Numbered from the stretch's first letter, positions 10,323 to 20,326 are shown. The stretch is DNA of 64,000 nucleotides from Parcubacteria group bacterium 21-54-25 (GCA_002255585.1 NCBJ01000005.1:1066-65065); one strand, 5' to 3'. The notes: a model not told the origin generated them from the letters alone. Numbers and translations are program-made.

Positions 10323-12047
10323 ATGACTCCATTCCACGCACCGATTGACGACTCTTTGAGAGACGAGCTTTCTGCGTACGACGATCTGACTGCCGCGCTT
10401 TTGGCGCGCCGCGGTGTGAGAACTGCAAAAGAGGCGGAGCAGTTTCTGAATCCTTCGTATGAACGCCACCTGCACGACCCGTTGCAGATGAAAAACATGC
10501 CGGTGGCGGCAGCGCGCCTGGCGCGTGCGATTAGCGATGGCGAGTACATTGCGGTATGGAGCGACTACGACGCCGACGGCATCCCGGGCGGCGTCGTGCT
10601 ACACGATTTCTTGAAAAAGGTCGGCGCACATTTTACAAACTACATTCCGCACCGGCACCTCGAAGGGTACGGCGTCAACGTGATGGGTATCGAGAAACTT
10701 GCAAAGGAAGGCGTTGCGCTCGTCATCACCGTGGACTCAGGCATTACCGACACTGAGCCTGTTGCGCGCGCCAAAGAACTTGGTGTGGACGTCATCGTTA
10801 CCGATCATCACCAGCCCGGCGAGATACTTCCTGACGCCTATGCGGTCGTCGATCCGAAACAGGATGGCGAGACGTACCCATTTCGTGAATTGTGCGGCGC
10901 GGCGCTCGCGTGGAAGCTCGTCGTCGCGACGCTCGCGCACGGCTTTACCGGCCGCGAGCACATCCCCGAAGGATGGGAGAAGTGGCTACTCGATATGGCG
11001 GGGCTCGCGACAATTGCGGACATGGTGCCGCTCGTCGATGAGAACCGCGTACTCGCGCACTATGGCTTGCTCGTGCTGCGCAAGTCGCCACGCGCAGGGC
11101 TTGTGGCGCTCTGTCGCACGATGCGTGTGAACCAGCGTGCGCTTAGTGAAGACGACGTGAGTTTTATGATTGCGCCACGCGTGAATGCTGCGTCACGCAT
11201 GGGCGATCCTATTGATGCGTTCCGACTGTTTGCTACCGACGACATCGTCGAAGCAAATGAACTGGCAAAAAAACTTGAAGCGGCGAATCGTCGTCGTCGC
11301 AGCGCATCGGCTGCGATCACGCGCCATGTGCACGCGCGTCTTGCCGAGCAGGGCGCGCGTGCAGACCTGCCGCCGGTACTTGCGCTTGGTGACCCCGAGT
11401 GGAGTCCTGCGCTCTTGGGGCTAGTCGCGGGCACTATCGCCGAAGAGTATGGTCGCTCCGTATTTCTTTGGGGGCGCGAAGTGAACCAAACAATCAAAGG
11501 GTCATGTCGCAGTAATGGCACTACTGATGTTTTCTCGCTCATGAACGCAGCACCCGACACGTTTGTACAATCAGGCGGGCATGCGCTGGCGGGCGGATTT
11601 AGCGTTCGCGCGGACGCGGTCTTCGATTTCGCGACGCGTTTGAACGAGGCGCACGCGCGCCTTCTTCTTGAACACGGTGCTGCCGAGGAAGCACTGCCGC
11701 TTCGCGCCGACGCCGAGCTTGCGCTTGCTGACGCAACACACGGTCTGCTTGTTCGGCTCGAACAGCTCGCGCCGTTTGGAGAAGGGAACAGGAAACCAGC
11801 GTGGCTTCTGCGCGAAATTGAGGTCGGAAAAGTTTCATGGTTTGGTAAAAACGAAGAACATTTGAAAATATCGCTGCCGCAGGCACGTTCCACGCTCGAA
11901 GCGGTCGCGTTTTTTGCTAAGCATGATTTGCGTGAGCGCGCACGACAACTCCAACCGGGTACGCGCGTGACACTCCTTGCGCACGTCGAGCGGGATACAT
12001 TTTTGCGTCGGAATGCGCTCCGTCTACGGGTTCTGTCGCTTACATAG
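10323..12047 (+). CDS. recJ: Single-stranded-DNA-specific exonuclease RecJ (DHH/DHHA1)
   Basis: DHH motifs SDYDADG, VITVDSG, TDHH, GGH...GG in C-terminal domain; 574 aa. Confidence 0.85.
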   Translation: MTPFHAPIDDSLRDELSAYDDLTAALLARRGVRTAKEAEQFLNPSYERHLHDPLQMKNMPVAAARLARAISDGEYIAVWSDYDADGIPGGVVLHDFLKKVGAHFTNYIPHRHLEGYGVNVMGIEKLAKEGVALVITVDSGITDTEPVARAKELGVDVIVTDHHQPGEILPDAYAVVDPKQDGETYPFRELCGAALAWKLVVATLAHGFTGREHIPEGWEKWLLDMAGLATIADMVPLVDENRVLAHYGLLVLRKSPRAGLVALCRTMRVNQRALSEDDVSFMIAPRVNAASRMGDPIDAFRLFATDDIVEANELAKKLEAANRRRRSASAAITRHVHARLAEQGARADLPPVLALGDPEWSPALLGLVAGTIAEEYGRSVFLWGREVNQTIKGSCRSNGTTDVFSLMNAAPDTFVQSGGHALAGGFSVRADAVFDFATRLNEAHARLLLEHGAAEEALPLRADAELALADATHGLLVRLEQLAPFGEGNRKPAWLLREIEVGKVSWFGKNEEHLKISLPQARSTLEAVAFFAKHDLRERARQLQPGTRVTLLAHVERDTFLRRNALRLRVLSLT

Positions 12048-12064
12048 TACCGCGCACGAATCCG

Positions 12065-12128
12065 CACAGCAGAAAAAGTGACCACTCCGGGGCGTTTGCC
12101 CAAGTCTTAGTCACTTTTTCTGCTGTGC
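12065..12128. repeat. Perfect 18-bp inverted repeat (stem) with 28-nt loop between recJ and rnhA
   Basis: GCACAGCAGAAAAAGTGA ... TCACTTTTTCTGCTGTGC. Confidence 0.7.
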
Positions 12129-12171
12129 AGGGTTTGCGAAACGCCCGTCATCGCACTGGTATACTGCACGC

Positions 12172-12591
12172 ATGCAATTCACGATTCATGCTGACGGCGG
12201 CGCGCGGGGGAACCCAGGCCCCGCCGGCGCCGGCGCGGTCATCCGTGACGCGGGCGGCAGCATCGTCGCTTCAGTCTCTAAATTTCTTGGACACCGCACC
12301 AACAACTTTGCTGAATACGAAGCAATCATACTTGCCTTTGAGCAACTTGCGAACCTCGTGCCGGAAAAGAAGCGCGTACAGGTACAGGCGATCGTAAAAA
12401 TGGACAGCGAACTCGTCGTCAAGCAAATGCGTGGCGAGTACAAAGTAAAGCACCCCGTTTTGAAACAGCAGCAGGCGAAACTCAAGGAACGTATCGCAAC
12501 GTTTGGAGAAGTGGCGTTCATGCACGTGCCACGCGCGCAAAACAAAGACGCTGACTTCCTCGCAAACGAAGCGATGGACGCTGCCGAGTAA
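12172..12591 (+). CDS. rnhA: Ribonuclease HI family protein
   Basis: DGGARGNPGPAGAGAV, NNFAEYEA, D...QNKDAD catalytic pattern of type 1 RNase H; TATACT 6 nt before ATG. Confidence 0.75.
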   Translation: MQFTIHADGGARGNPGPAGAGAVIRDAGGSIVASVSKFLGHRTNNFAEYEAIILAFEQLANLVPEKKRVQVQAIVKMDSELVVKQMRGEYKVKHPVLKQQQAKLKERIATFGEVAFMHVPRAQNKDADFLANEAMDAAE

Positions 12592-12600
12592 CTACGTTCC

Positions 12601-14112
12601 ATGCCGCTCTCCACAACCGGACGCGTGTTTTTTCTCGCGGCCGCTACTTTTGCGCTTGGCATTTTCATACGATCGCTCTACGTGCTTCCGATTTCGTTTG
12701 TCGCCATTGCCGCTCTTGCTGCAGTCGCGGCACTTGCGACATGGGTTGTTGCGCGGCAGCCAGTGTATATATTTTTTGGTGTGGCACTCGCCGCCCTTAC
12801 ATTTGGTGTGGTGCGCGTTTCAGTTACTCCACAAGAGCTGCCAAGCGCATTTGCAGACGAACTTGATACGGATGTGTCGCTCACTGGTACGGTTTCGGCG
12901 GCGCCGGACATTCGCGAAAGCAGTCAGCGCATCACCATTACGGTCTCAAAAGACAACGCGACGACGCGCGTGCTCGCCGTCGTCTCGCTCGGCACACCCG
13001 TGTCCTATGGTGAGCGCGTTACTGTGCGCGGGAAACTAACATCGCCACAATCGTTTGCCACCGACTATGGTCGCACTTTTCGTTACGATCGCTATCTTGC
13101 CGCCACTGGTGTCTTTGCCATCATGCCGCACGCGCTACTCACTGAAGTTGCACCGCCTTATGGTGTGTGGGCGCACGTGTATGGTGCGCTCATTGGAGTG
13201 AAGCGGTCATTTCTGCATGCGCTTGGGCTGGCGCTCCCGGAGCCGGCAGCTTCGCTTGCCGGCGGGCTTGTTGCGGGAGGCACCGAGGGACTTGGCGCGT
13301 CGCTCACGAGTGACTTCGTGCGTTCAGGCCTCATCCACATCGTCGTCCTTTCCGGCTACAACGTCATGATCGTTGCTGAGGCTGTGCTGTTCGCTCTTTC
13401 GTTTCTTGCGCGGCGCGCAGCTGCGGGCATCGCCGCGCTGGTCATCGGCGCGTTTGTGCTTGCCGCTGGTGCTGGCGCAGCAAGTATTCGCGCCGGGCTC
13501 ATGGCAGGCTTTGCGCTTTTGGCACGCGCAACCGGCCGTACGTACGACGTAACGCGCGCGCTCGTTGTAGCCGCGCTCCTGATGCTTCTTTGGAATCCAC
13601 TTCTTCTTGCATTTAGTCTCGGTTTCGATTTATCAATCATTGCGACACTCGGTCTCATCCTTGGCGTGCCGCTCATCGAACCGCACCTCGCTTTCATTAA
13701 AAATTTATTTCTGCGCGAAACCGCGGCCGCGACTATCACTGCACAAATTGCGGTGTTGCCGCTTCTGCTTTACGCCAACGGCCTCTTTTCGATTGTTGCG
13801 CTTCCTGCAAACCTGCTCGTGTTACCGCTCGTGCCGCTTGCAATGGCGACTTCAGCATTTGCCGGCCTTGTGGGTGTTGTGCTGCCGGCGCTTGCGCCTG
13901 CGTCAGCGCTTCCGGCATACGCGCTTTTAAGCTACATCGCGTGGGTAGTGCACGCCGCCGCCACCTTGCCGCTTGCGACGGTTGCAGTGCCGAGTTTCTC
14001 GTTTGTGTTTGTCATTCTTGCCTACGCGTTCCTCGCGCTCCCCGTGTACCGCCTCGCAAAAAATAAAAAACCGGCGCTCGCGAACACGAGCGCCAGCCAA
14101 CTCCTCCAGTAA
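12601..14112 (+). CDS. comEC: ComEC/Rec2 DNA-uptake channel: OB-fold (DUF4131) + competence membrane domain, no MBL domain
   Basis: N-terminal TM pair, then the OB-fold segment (starts VSLTGTVSAAPDIRESSQRITITVS, ends GRTFRYDRYLAATGVFA) and the competence-domain signature GLVAGGTEGLGASLTSDFVRSGLIHIVVLSGYNV; ends after last TM helix. Confidence 0.7.
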   Translation: MPLSTTGRVFFLAAATFALGIFIRSLYVLPISFVAIAALAAVAALATWVVARQPVYIFFGVALAALTFGVVRVSVTPQELPSAFADELDTDVSLTGTVSAAPDIRESSQRITITVSKDNATTRVLAVVSLGTPVSYGERVTVRGKLTSPQSFATDYGRTFRYDRYLAATGVFAIMPHALLTEVAPPYGVWAHVYGALIGVKRSFLHALGLALPEPAASLAGGLVAGGTEGLGASLTSDFVRSGLIHIVVLSGYNVMIVAEAVLFALSFLARRAAAGIAALVIGAFVLAAGAGAASIRAGLMAGFALLARATGRTYDVTRALVVAALLMLLWNPLLLAFSLGFDLSIIATLGLILGVPLIEPHLAFIKNLFLRETAAATITAQIAVLPLLLYANGLFSIVALPANLLVLPLVPLAMATSAFAGLVGVVLPALAPASALPAYALLSYIAWVVHAAATLPLATVAVPSFSFVFVILAYAFLALPVYRLAKNKKPALANTSASQLLQ

Positions 14113-14440
14113 CTGCGACTATTTCTTTTTTGTTCGTGCGAGATCCCGCCTTGCTTTTTGTACCACCTTGTTTCGTGCGAGTTTCCCGCGCCCCTGCAAA
14201 TTCCATCGCCGCACCGCCGCCTTCTTGTATGAGAATAGTAAATCGGAAGGAGAAGGTGTGGCGGTCTTCCTCCATGCGTCGCGCAAACCGAAAAGGAACG
14301 CGCCACACAAAAACTTCTTTCCCCTGCCAGATAACTCTCGTTGCCGCCTCCTCTTCTGTAATGCCCGCTCGCGTGAGTTCCCGCGCGAGCGACTCGTTTG
14401 TGAAAGCGTCTGTGAGAAGATACCACGCCGAGTCACTCAT
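14012..14440 (-). CDS. Hypothetical protein (first ~75 aa protein-like, remainder low complexity; may be shorter or decayed)
   Basis: GAGAGGAAA SD-like before ATG 14440; 3' 100 nt overlap comEC; a minus-strand terminator lies inside its 3' part. Confidence 0.25.
   Translation of the reverse strand: MSDSAWYLLTDAFTNESLARELTRAGITEEEAATRVIWQGKEVFVWRVPFRFARRMEEDRHTFSFRFTILIQEGGGAAMEFAGARETRTKQGGTKSKAGSRTNKKEIVAVTGGVGWRSCSRAPVFYFLRGGTRGARGTRRQE
14058..14094 (-). terminator. Intrinsic terminator in minus orientation, embedded in comEC 3' coding end
   Basis: GGCGCTCG-CGAACA-CGAGCGCC with A-tract on + strand (T-tract on - strand). Confidence 0.45.
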
Positions 14441-14558
14441 TGATTTTTCCTCTCAAACACAATGGTTCTTTAATCCGCCCCTACTTTGGCATGAGGAGGT
14501 CAGAGGGTCAACAAAAAGGAAATCCCGTGCAGCGTCAACTTTTTACTGCCTTTGGCAA

Positions 14559-17500
14559 TTACGCGCGCCTCTGTTTGCGCAGCTGGGCGCGATAAAACAA
14601 TACCGGCACCAAGACGAGCGTGAGCACGATGGCGAACGCGAGTCCAAACATAATACTGAAGGCGAGTGGCCCCCACGTGGCGTTGGTGAGCGAAAGAGGA
14701 ATCATGCCGATGACCGTGGTAATCGTTGTCAGAACGATGGGGCGCAAGCGTGTTGCTGCCGAGTCCACGACGACATCAATCGGCGCGGCCTCCGGGGTCG
14801 CGCGCAGATGACGAATCATTGAATCCATCAAAATGATTGCATGGTTGATGATGACGCCACCAAGCGCGATAACGCCCAGGAGTGACGAAAAAGAGATGGG
14901 CTGACCGGTGAGCGCCAAGCCATCAAGCACGCCAATAAGTGAGAGCGGCACGATGCTAATAAGGTAAAAAGTGTAGCGAAAGGAGTTGAACGCAACGATG
15001 AGAATCATAAACATAAGAACCAGCCCGGCGATAAGCGCGACAAACATTTGTGAGAAGGATTGGTTTATGCTCTTGGTGTCGCCGCCATAAGACACTGAGA
15101 CGCCGGGTGGCAGAGAGAGGGAGCTGATTTTTTTCTGAAACGCGCTCACAATAGCAGAGGCAGTTGTGTTTGAGCTTGGATACGCCGACACCGTTTCCAT
15201 ACGCACCTTGTCCTTGTGCACGATGCTTGCATTGTTTTGTGCGAGCGTGGCTGAAAGAATAGAACCAAGCAAGACCGGCCCCTGAGTTCCGTAGACGGTG
15301 AGGTTTTTAAGAGTGCCCAGCGTGGTGCTTGCGGTGTGTGATGGATTGGTACCCCCTGCGTTCAAGTTCATTTTTACCACGACATCCATGGTTTGATTCG
15401 GTTGGGTAATGCTAATTGCCTTGGTGCCGTTTATCGCACTGCGCAGGGTCTGGGCGACCGCAAGCGTGCTCACGCCACGCGCGGCGGCTTTCGCTCGGTC
15501 AATGGTGAAATCAAATTCCGTACCGTTATCTTGGGTACTGCTTGTCAGGTTGGTAACTCCGGGAATGGTTGCAAGCAGGTGTTTTGCGTTGTCGGCCGCA
15601 GTGATGATGTCGTTAAGGTTGTTTCCAAGAAATTCTATCTGCACGGGTGCGCCGCCGGGTGGCCCGCCCGTCACCTGCAGAACCTGCACTGTTGCATCGG
15701 TAATTGAAGCAAGTCTCTTTTGCAGGTCGTTTACCACGTACGTACTGGTGTACGGGTGTCCGGGCGGTAGGTTGACGGTAATGTTTGCGATGTTTGCCCC
15801 GCTTGCTGCATTTGCGAGCGCGCCGCCAGCCAGCGCGGACCCCTGTCCTACCGTTGTTTGAAAAGAATATACCTCGGGGTCTTTATACAGCACCGCCTCT
15901 ACCTGCTCCACTGCGCGGTTGGTGACCGCAAGCGTGGTGCCATAGGGTTTCGTGATACTGATAAAGACAAAATCTTGGTTATTTTGCGGAAGAAACACTG
16001 TCTGTACTACACCGAGAAGAGGGAGAGAGATTGAGACGGCAAAAAGGCCGGCGAGCAGCAGCAAGAATATTTTTTGCGTGTGCCGATGCGTTAGTATGCG
16101 TCGCAACATATTTTTGTACCACGCGGTAATGCGCGCCGTATAGTATTCCTGCTTCTCTTCAAAGGCGTTTGTATGTTTTTTACTCAAGACAATAGCCAGG
16201 AGCGGCACGAGGCCGAGCGATACAAAAATAGACGCAGTGAGAACGAAGATGAGCGTGTAGGGAATGCCAGCAATAAACTTTCCTACAATGCCAGAGATGA
16301 AAAAGAGCGGAACAAAAACAGCAACCGTTGCCATAGTGCCCGCGATAAGCGGCCACGCGTAGTCCGCGAGTGCTTGGCGCGCCGCAGCAAGCGCACCTCC
16401 ATTCCCTCGCATACGCGCGTGAATTGCCTCAGTAACGACAATACCGGAGTCCACCAAAATGCCGACTGCCAAAATAAGTGCAAACAAACTAATGAAATTG
16501 AGCGAGTTACCGGTCATGTACAGACCGATAAACGCGATAAGGAAGGAAAGGGGAATAGAAATCGCAGCAACAACTGCTTCGCGCCAACCAATGGTGATGA
16601 GCAGTACAAGCAACACCAACGCAACCGTTTCCACTCCAGTTTTCGCAAGATCACCGAGCTGTTTTCCAACCTGCACGCTCATATCGGTTGCGGGAGATAC
16701 GTAGACAGTAAAACCAGCAAGCGTTGTCTTTTGCAGAGACTGTAGCGCGTCCTTTACGGCGCTCGCTACGCCCTGCGTGGAGGCGCTGGACTGTTTGTAC
16801 ACCGAGAAGGTAATGGCATTTTGTGCGGGCTTTCCGCCCAGAGAAAGTCGCGAGTAGGTGGTCGCTGGCGCAAGACCATTAATCACCTGTGCTACATCGC
16901 GCACATACACCGCCGCGCCGTTTTTACTCGCCACGACGACGTTGTTGATAGTGGCGGGGTCTGTGATGCCGCCCTTGAAATTCACCGTATACGAAACACC
17001 GTTTGTTGAAATAGCGCCAACAGGTATAGGCGCATTTGCTGTTTGGATAGCGCCTATGACATCAGCGAGCGTAAGTCCGTATGCCGCAAGATTATTTTTA
17101 TTGACGATGACGTCGACCTGGCGATCCGGTACGCCCGCGACATTGACATCGGAAACACCGGACACGCGTTTCAGTGCGTCTGATACTGTTTGTCCCGTCT
17201 CCGACAAAAGAAGCGGGGGCACCGGCGCCGCGACTGACGCGATAAGAACCGGCGTATTGGAGAAGCTTACTTTTGTTACAGCGGGAGTGGACGCATCGGC
17301 AGGGAGGTTGGGAACGGCTTTTGACACTGCGTCGCGCAAATTTTGTATAGACTGATCAATGTTCGCATTCGCGTCAAACTGCACCGTGATAGTAGACACG
17401 CTGTCGCGCGAGGTAGACGTCATCGTATCAATATTGCTAATGCCCGATATCTGATCTTCAAGCTTGTTCGTGACAAGCGTCTCCATGTCGGTCGCAGACG

Positions 17501-17663
17501 CTCCGGTGAGCGTCGTGACGACGATGCCTTCCGCGATATTTACAGGCGGCTGTACTTCTTTGGGGATTTGGAGTAAAGAAAAAGAGCCAGCGATGATAAG
17601 CGTGGCGACAAGCACATAGCTAAACTGTCGCCGATCAAGAAAAAAATGCCACAGCCACAACAT
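14559..17663 (-). CDS. RND-family efflux transporter (AcrB/HAE1-like, 12 TM, two large periplasmic loops)
   Basis: 1034 aa, AcrB-type N-terminus MLWLWHFFLDRRQFSYVLVATLIIAG, duplicated TM bundles. Confidence 0.85.
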   Translation of the reverse strand: MLWLWHFFLDRRQFSYVLVATLIIAGSFSLLQIPKEVQPPVNIAEGIVVTTLTGASATDMETLVTNKLEDQISGISNIDTMTSTSRDSVSTITVQFDANANIDQSIQNLRDAVSKAVPNLPADASTPAVTKVSFSNTPVLIASVAAPVPPLLLSETGQTVSDALKRVSGVSDVNVAGVPDRQVDVIVNKNNLAAYGLTLADVIGAIQTANAPIPVGAISTNGVSYTVNFKGGITDPATINNVVVASKNGAAVYVRDVAQVINGLAPATTYSRLSLGGKPAQNAITFSVYKQSSASTQGVASAVKDALQSLQKTTLAGFTVYVSPATDMSVQVGKQLGDLAKTGVETVALVLLVLLITIGWREAVVAAISIPLSFLIAFIGLYMTGNSLNFISLFALILAVGILVDSGIVVTEAIHARMRGNGGALAAARQALADYAWPLIAGTMATVAVFVPLFFISGIVGKFIAGIPYTLIFVLTASIFVSLGLVPLLAIVLSKKHTNAFEEKQEYYTARITAWYKNMLRRILTHRHTQKIFLLLLAGLFAVSISLPLLGVVQTVFLPQNNQDFVFISITKPYGTTLAVTNRAVEQVEAVLYKDPEVYSFQTTVGQGSALAGGALANAASGANIANITVNLPPGHPYTSTYVVNDLQKRLASITDATVQVLQVTGGPPGGAPVQIEFLGNNLNDIITAADNAKHLLATIPGVTNLTSSTQDNGTEFDFTIDRAKAAARGVSTLAVAQTLRSAINGTKAISITQPNQTMDVVVKMNLNAGGTNPSHTASTTLGTLKNLTVYGTQGPVLLGSILSATLAQNNASIVHKDKVRMETVSAYPSSNTTASAIVSAFQKKISSLSLPPGVSVSYGGDTKSINQSFSQMFVALIAGLVLMFMILIVAFNSFRYTFYLISIVPLSLIGVLDGLALTGQPISFSSLLGVIALGGVIINHAIILMDSMIRHLRATPEAAPIDVVVDSAATRLRPIVLTTITTVIGMIPLSLTNATWGPLAFSIMFGLAFAIVLTLVLVPVLFYRAQLRKQRRA

Positions 17664-17666
17664 AGT

Positions 17667-19274
17667 TTAGGGGGTGCCAACAATGACCGACTGGCCGCTT
17701 GAAAGCCCGCGCGCGTCAATCACAATACGCAAAGAAGCGCTCACGTCTGGCTGAAGAGCCGCCATCCCATCGGCAATGTCTTGAATCGTAACCGGATGCG
17801 CGACGAGCGCGCTCGAACTGCTCACCGTAAAGATTTCCGCTCCCGCCGGTGTTATTTTTATCGCGGTGAGAGGAACAAAAAGAAGCGGGCCGCTGTATGT
17901 TGAAGTAACTCGATAAGAAAGTACAACGGGTACGGTTTCTCCATCGGTAAGCGTTTGTGGGGAACCAATGAGACCTACCCTGACTTCAATTTTGTTTGTC
18001 AGGGGGTCGCGCGCTGGCGCGATAAAGGTTATGACACCTGGGAAAGAGTCATTTATGATAGCCCTATCGCCCACGGCCAGTTTCGCGGCGTCGGTGGCGG
18101 AAACGGCCGTTTTGATATACAGAGCATGCGGATTTGAAATAACCGCAACAGGGGAAAACGTTGGTACGTAGTCACCAAGCGTGATGGGTAAACTGACGAT
18201 TGTTCCGCTAACAGGGCTTCGAACAATCGTTTTTTCAAGTGCTGCACGTGCGGCGTCATAGCCGCCCTGCGCTTGCTTTACTTGCGCCTTTGCAAGAGCG
18301 ATGGCACCGGCCGTGCCGCCTGTCGCTACGTTTTGTGCCGCTTGTGTTCCTGAAATAGCGTTGTCATACGCACTCTTTGCCGCAATAAGACCGGAAAGGG
18401 CGGCGTTCACTTCACTACGGCCTGCAGAAACAGATGCAGCGTAGCCCGCAAGGGTACTGGCAGACACGCTTGCGCTCGGCTGGGTTTCATTGATAGCAGC
18501 GGTAAGGTTTCCAAGAAATTGTGTAGCAAAATTCGCTGCAGTGATCACGTCCGTGCCGTGCGCGTCGAGTGTTGAGCTTGCGGTATCTTGCACCTCGGGA
18601 CGAATCGTCGCAAATATCGTTTGAAGCTGCCTTCGCTCTTCTTGCAACAGATTTATAAGTTTATTATCGGGTACGATAAGCGTTAGTTGTGCGGAAATTG
18701 TGCGAGGATTGGAGAAGAGCACGTCTGCTTTCGTGTGTATCGCGTCGTCAAGCGCGGCATAGGTACTCTGGAGCGCATTTGCAAAGGCGTTTTGTGCGTT
18801 ATTCTGCACACTCGTGCTTTGCACAACGGAAATATGGGACCCCGTTGCTGATGTGCCTTCAGCATTTGCAACGCCAACCTGCGCTGCTTCGTACGCGCCC
18901 TGCGCCTGCAAGACGACCGCCTGTTGGGAGCTATTTTCAAAGGAGGCAATGATTTCACCTGCGGAAACATGGTCACCAAGGGCGTGTGGAAGAGAAACAA
19001 TCTCGCCTGCCGTTTGCGAGAGCACGGTTGCCTGATTGAGTGACGTTACCGTGCCGATGACCGGAAGCGAACTTGTCGCAGATGAAAAACTCGCAATAGG
19101 AGCAACGGTTACCTGCACGGCGTTAGAAAGAGACGTATCGCCTGCTGCTGGTGTCGTGCGTGCGGTGTACGCGTGTATCCCCCCGCCAAGTGCGACAAGA
19201 AGAACAAGACCTCCAAAAAACGACCACAGCGGCGCGCGTGCGATAACGTTACGAAACGGTGTCAGTAGAGACAT
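17667..19274 (-). CDS. Efflux periplasmic adaptor (membrane fusion protein, HlyD/AcrA family)
   Basis: N-terminal TM anchor, long Ala/Gln-rich coiled-coil hairpin, biotinyl-lipoyl and beta-barrel segments; 3-bp gap to RND gene. Confidence 0.7.
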   Translation of the reverse strand: MSLLTPFRNVIARAPLWSFFGGLVLLVALGGGIHAYTARTTPAAGDTSLSNAVQVTVAPIASFSSATSSLPVIGTVTSLNQATVLSQTAGEIVSLPHALGDHVSAGEIIASFENSSQQAVVLQAQGAYEAAQVGVANAEGTSATGSHISVVQSTSVQNNAQNAFANALQSTYAALDDAIHTKADVLFSNPRTISAQLTLIVPDNKLINLLQEERRQLQTIFATIRPEVQDTASSTLDAHGTDVITAANFATQFLGNLTAAINETQPSASVSASTLAGYAASVSAGRSEVNAALSGLIAAKSAYDNAISGTQAAQNVATGGTAGAIALAKAQVKQAQGGYDAARAALEKTIVRSPVSGTIVSLPITLGDYVPTFSPVAVISNPHALYIKTAVSATDAAKLAVGDRAIINDSFPGVITFIAPARDPLTNKIEVRVGLIGSPQTLTDGETVPVVLSYRVTSTYSGPLLFVPLTAIKITPAGAEIFTVSSSSALVAHPVTIQDIADGMAALQPDVSASLRIVIDARGLSSGQSVIVGTP

Positions 19275-19283
19275 ATAAAAAGA

Positions 19284-19715
19284 TTAGGCAAGTGCGCCAT
19301 TTATTTTTTTAGTAAGGCGTACATACTGAGTAAATTCTTGGTCTGTGAGCGTTGAAAACAATCGCTTGAGATGGATGAGGATGGCATGCTGTACGCGCGC
19401 CATGCCGCGTCGCGCTGTGGGAGAGAGCGTCAACACACTTTCTCTACGATCAACAGTGCTCGATTTTTTTATGACGTACTGTTTCTTGACGAGCTCGTTG
19501 ACGAGCTGCGTCGCGGCGCTGCTGGTGATGCCAAACGTGCGCCGAATATCTTTTATAGAGGTACTCCTCTCTTTATAAATAAAGTGGAGCACCATCCACT
19601 GCGTGTGAGTCACCGAAAGGCCGTGCGTACGACACAGGTCTTTTAAGTTGGTGTGCTGACGCATTTTATGGAACCCCGCAAGCATGTTTTGCAGCTCTGC
19701 TGTTCGGGTATCCAT
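19284..19715 (-). CDS. MarR-family transcriptional regulator
   Basis: 143 aa; winged-HTH LSVTHTQWMVLHFIY...IKDIRRTFGITSSAATQLVNELVKKQYVIKKSSTVDRRESVLTLS; heads the MFP-RND operon. Confidence 0.8.
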   Translation of the reverse strand: MDTRTAELQNMLAGFHKMRQHTNLKDLCRTHGLSVTHTQWMVLHFIYKERSTSIKDIRRTFGITSSAATQLVNELVKKQYVIKKSSTVDRRESVLTLSPTARRGMARVQHAILIHLKRLFSTLTDQEFTQYVRLTKKINGALA

Positions 19716-19787
19716 AATAGATAAGATACTTACCTATTTGCCTTTTGTTGTCAAGTCGCTCGGTTGTGGGGCGGGCGTCCGCTCTTT

Positions 19788-19804
19788 GACCAACTAGGTC
19801 AAGA
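19788..19804. promoter_or_regulatory. Perfect palindrome TTGACC-aacta-GGTCAA upstream of marR (candidate operator)
   Basis: 6-bp arms, 5-bp spacer, 73 bp upstream of marR ATG. Confidence 0.35.
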
Positions 19805-20013
19805 GATCGTGGTTAGAGGAGAGAGTTTTTTGTTTTCATACGACAATGTATCGTACCCAAACAGATCTCACACGATCCCTTGACCCGACTGACCAATTCG
19901 ACCCACCGCACAACAGGGCTTCGCCACCACACCCCTCTTTCCTGTTTCGCTCTTTTGAGCTCATCAGCGCGAGCACACACTCGCGGACAGAGGGGAGCAG
20001 CGCTCCCCCGTAT

Positions 20014-20214
20014 TTAGTGCCGTCGTCGGTTTCCGCCTCGGATCGCATTTCCGAGGGTCACGAGTGCTCCGCCGACCGCATGGCGCACGAAACGCAAGGT
20101 CGCGCGCAGCGGCCAGAGCGCAACCGCGCCGGCACCTCGGTGCCCGCGAAACACAAACGCCAGTCCCGCTACCAGAATCCAAATTGCAAGCACGAGGACA
20201 ACGTTGTTGTGCAT
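20014..20214 (-). CDS. Small single-TM protein (66 aa)
   Basis: AAAGGAGA SD 5 nt before ATG 20214; MHNNVVLVLAIWILVAGLAFVF; lies directly downstream of 45-bp repeat copy 1. Confidence 0.4.
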   Translation of the reverse strand: MHNNVVLVLAIWILVAGLAFVFRGHRGAGAVALWPLRATLRFVRHAVGGALVTLGNAIRGGNRRRH

Positions 20215-20281
20215 CGTATTCTCCTTTTCACACACAATGCCCGGCGTGTGGATAATGTCCATAGGGCGCGGGTACGCCGCC

Positions 20282-20326
20282 ATCTCTTTGGAAACTCGAA
20301 CGCGTGCTCAAGTTCCCAAAAGATAG
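20282..20326. repeat. 45-bp perfect direct repeat, copy 1 (internal dyad around ACGCGT)
   Basis: ATCTCTTTGGAAACTCGAACGCGTGCTCAAGTTCCCAAAAGATAG identical to 20957-21001. Confidence 0.9.

Noticed and set aside
11060-12103. 347-aa minus ORF inside recJ
   Set aside because: Arg/Ser/Ala-rich antisense artefact typical of GC-rich coding DNA; recJ on + strand has clear DHH motifs.
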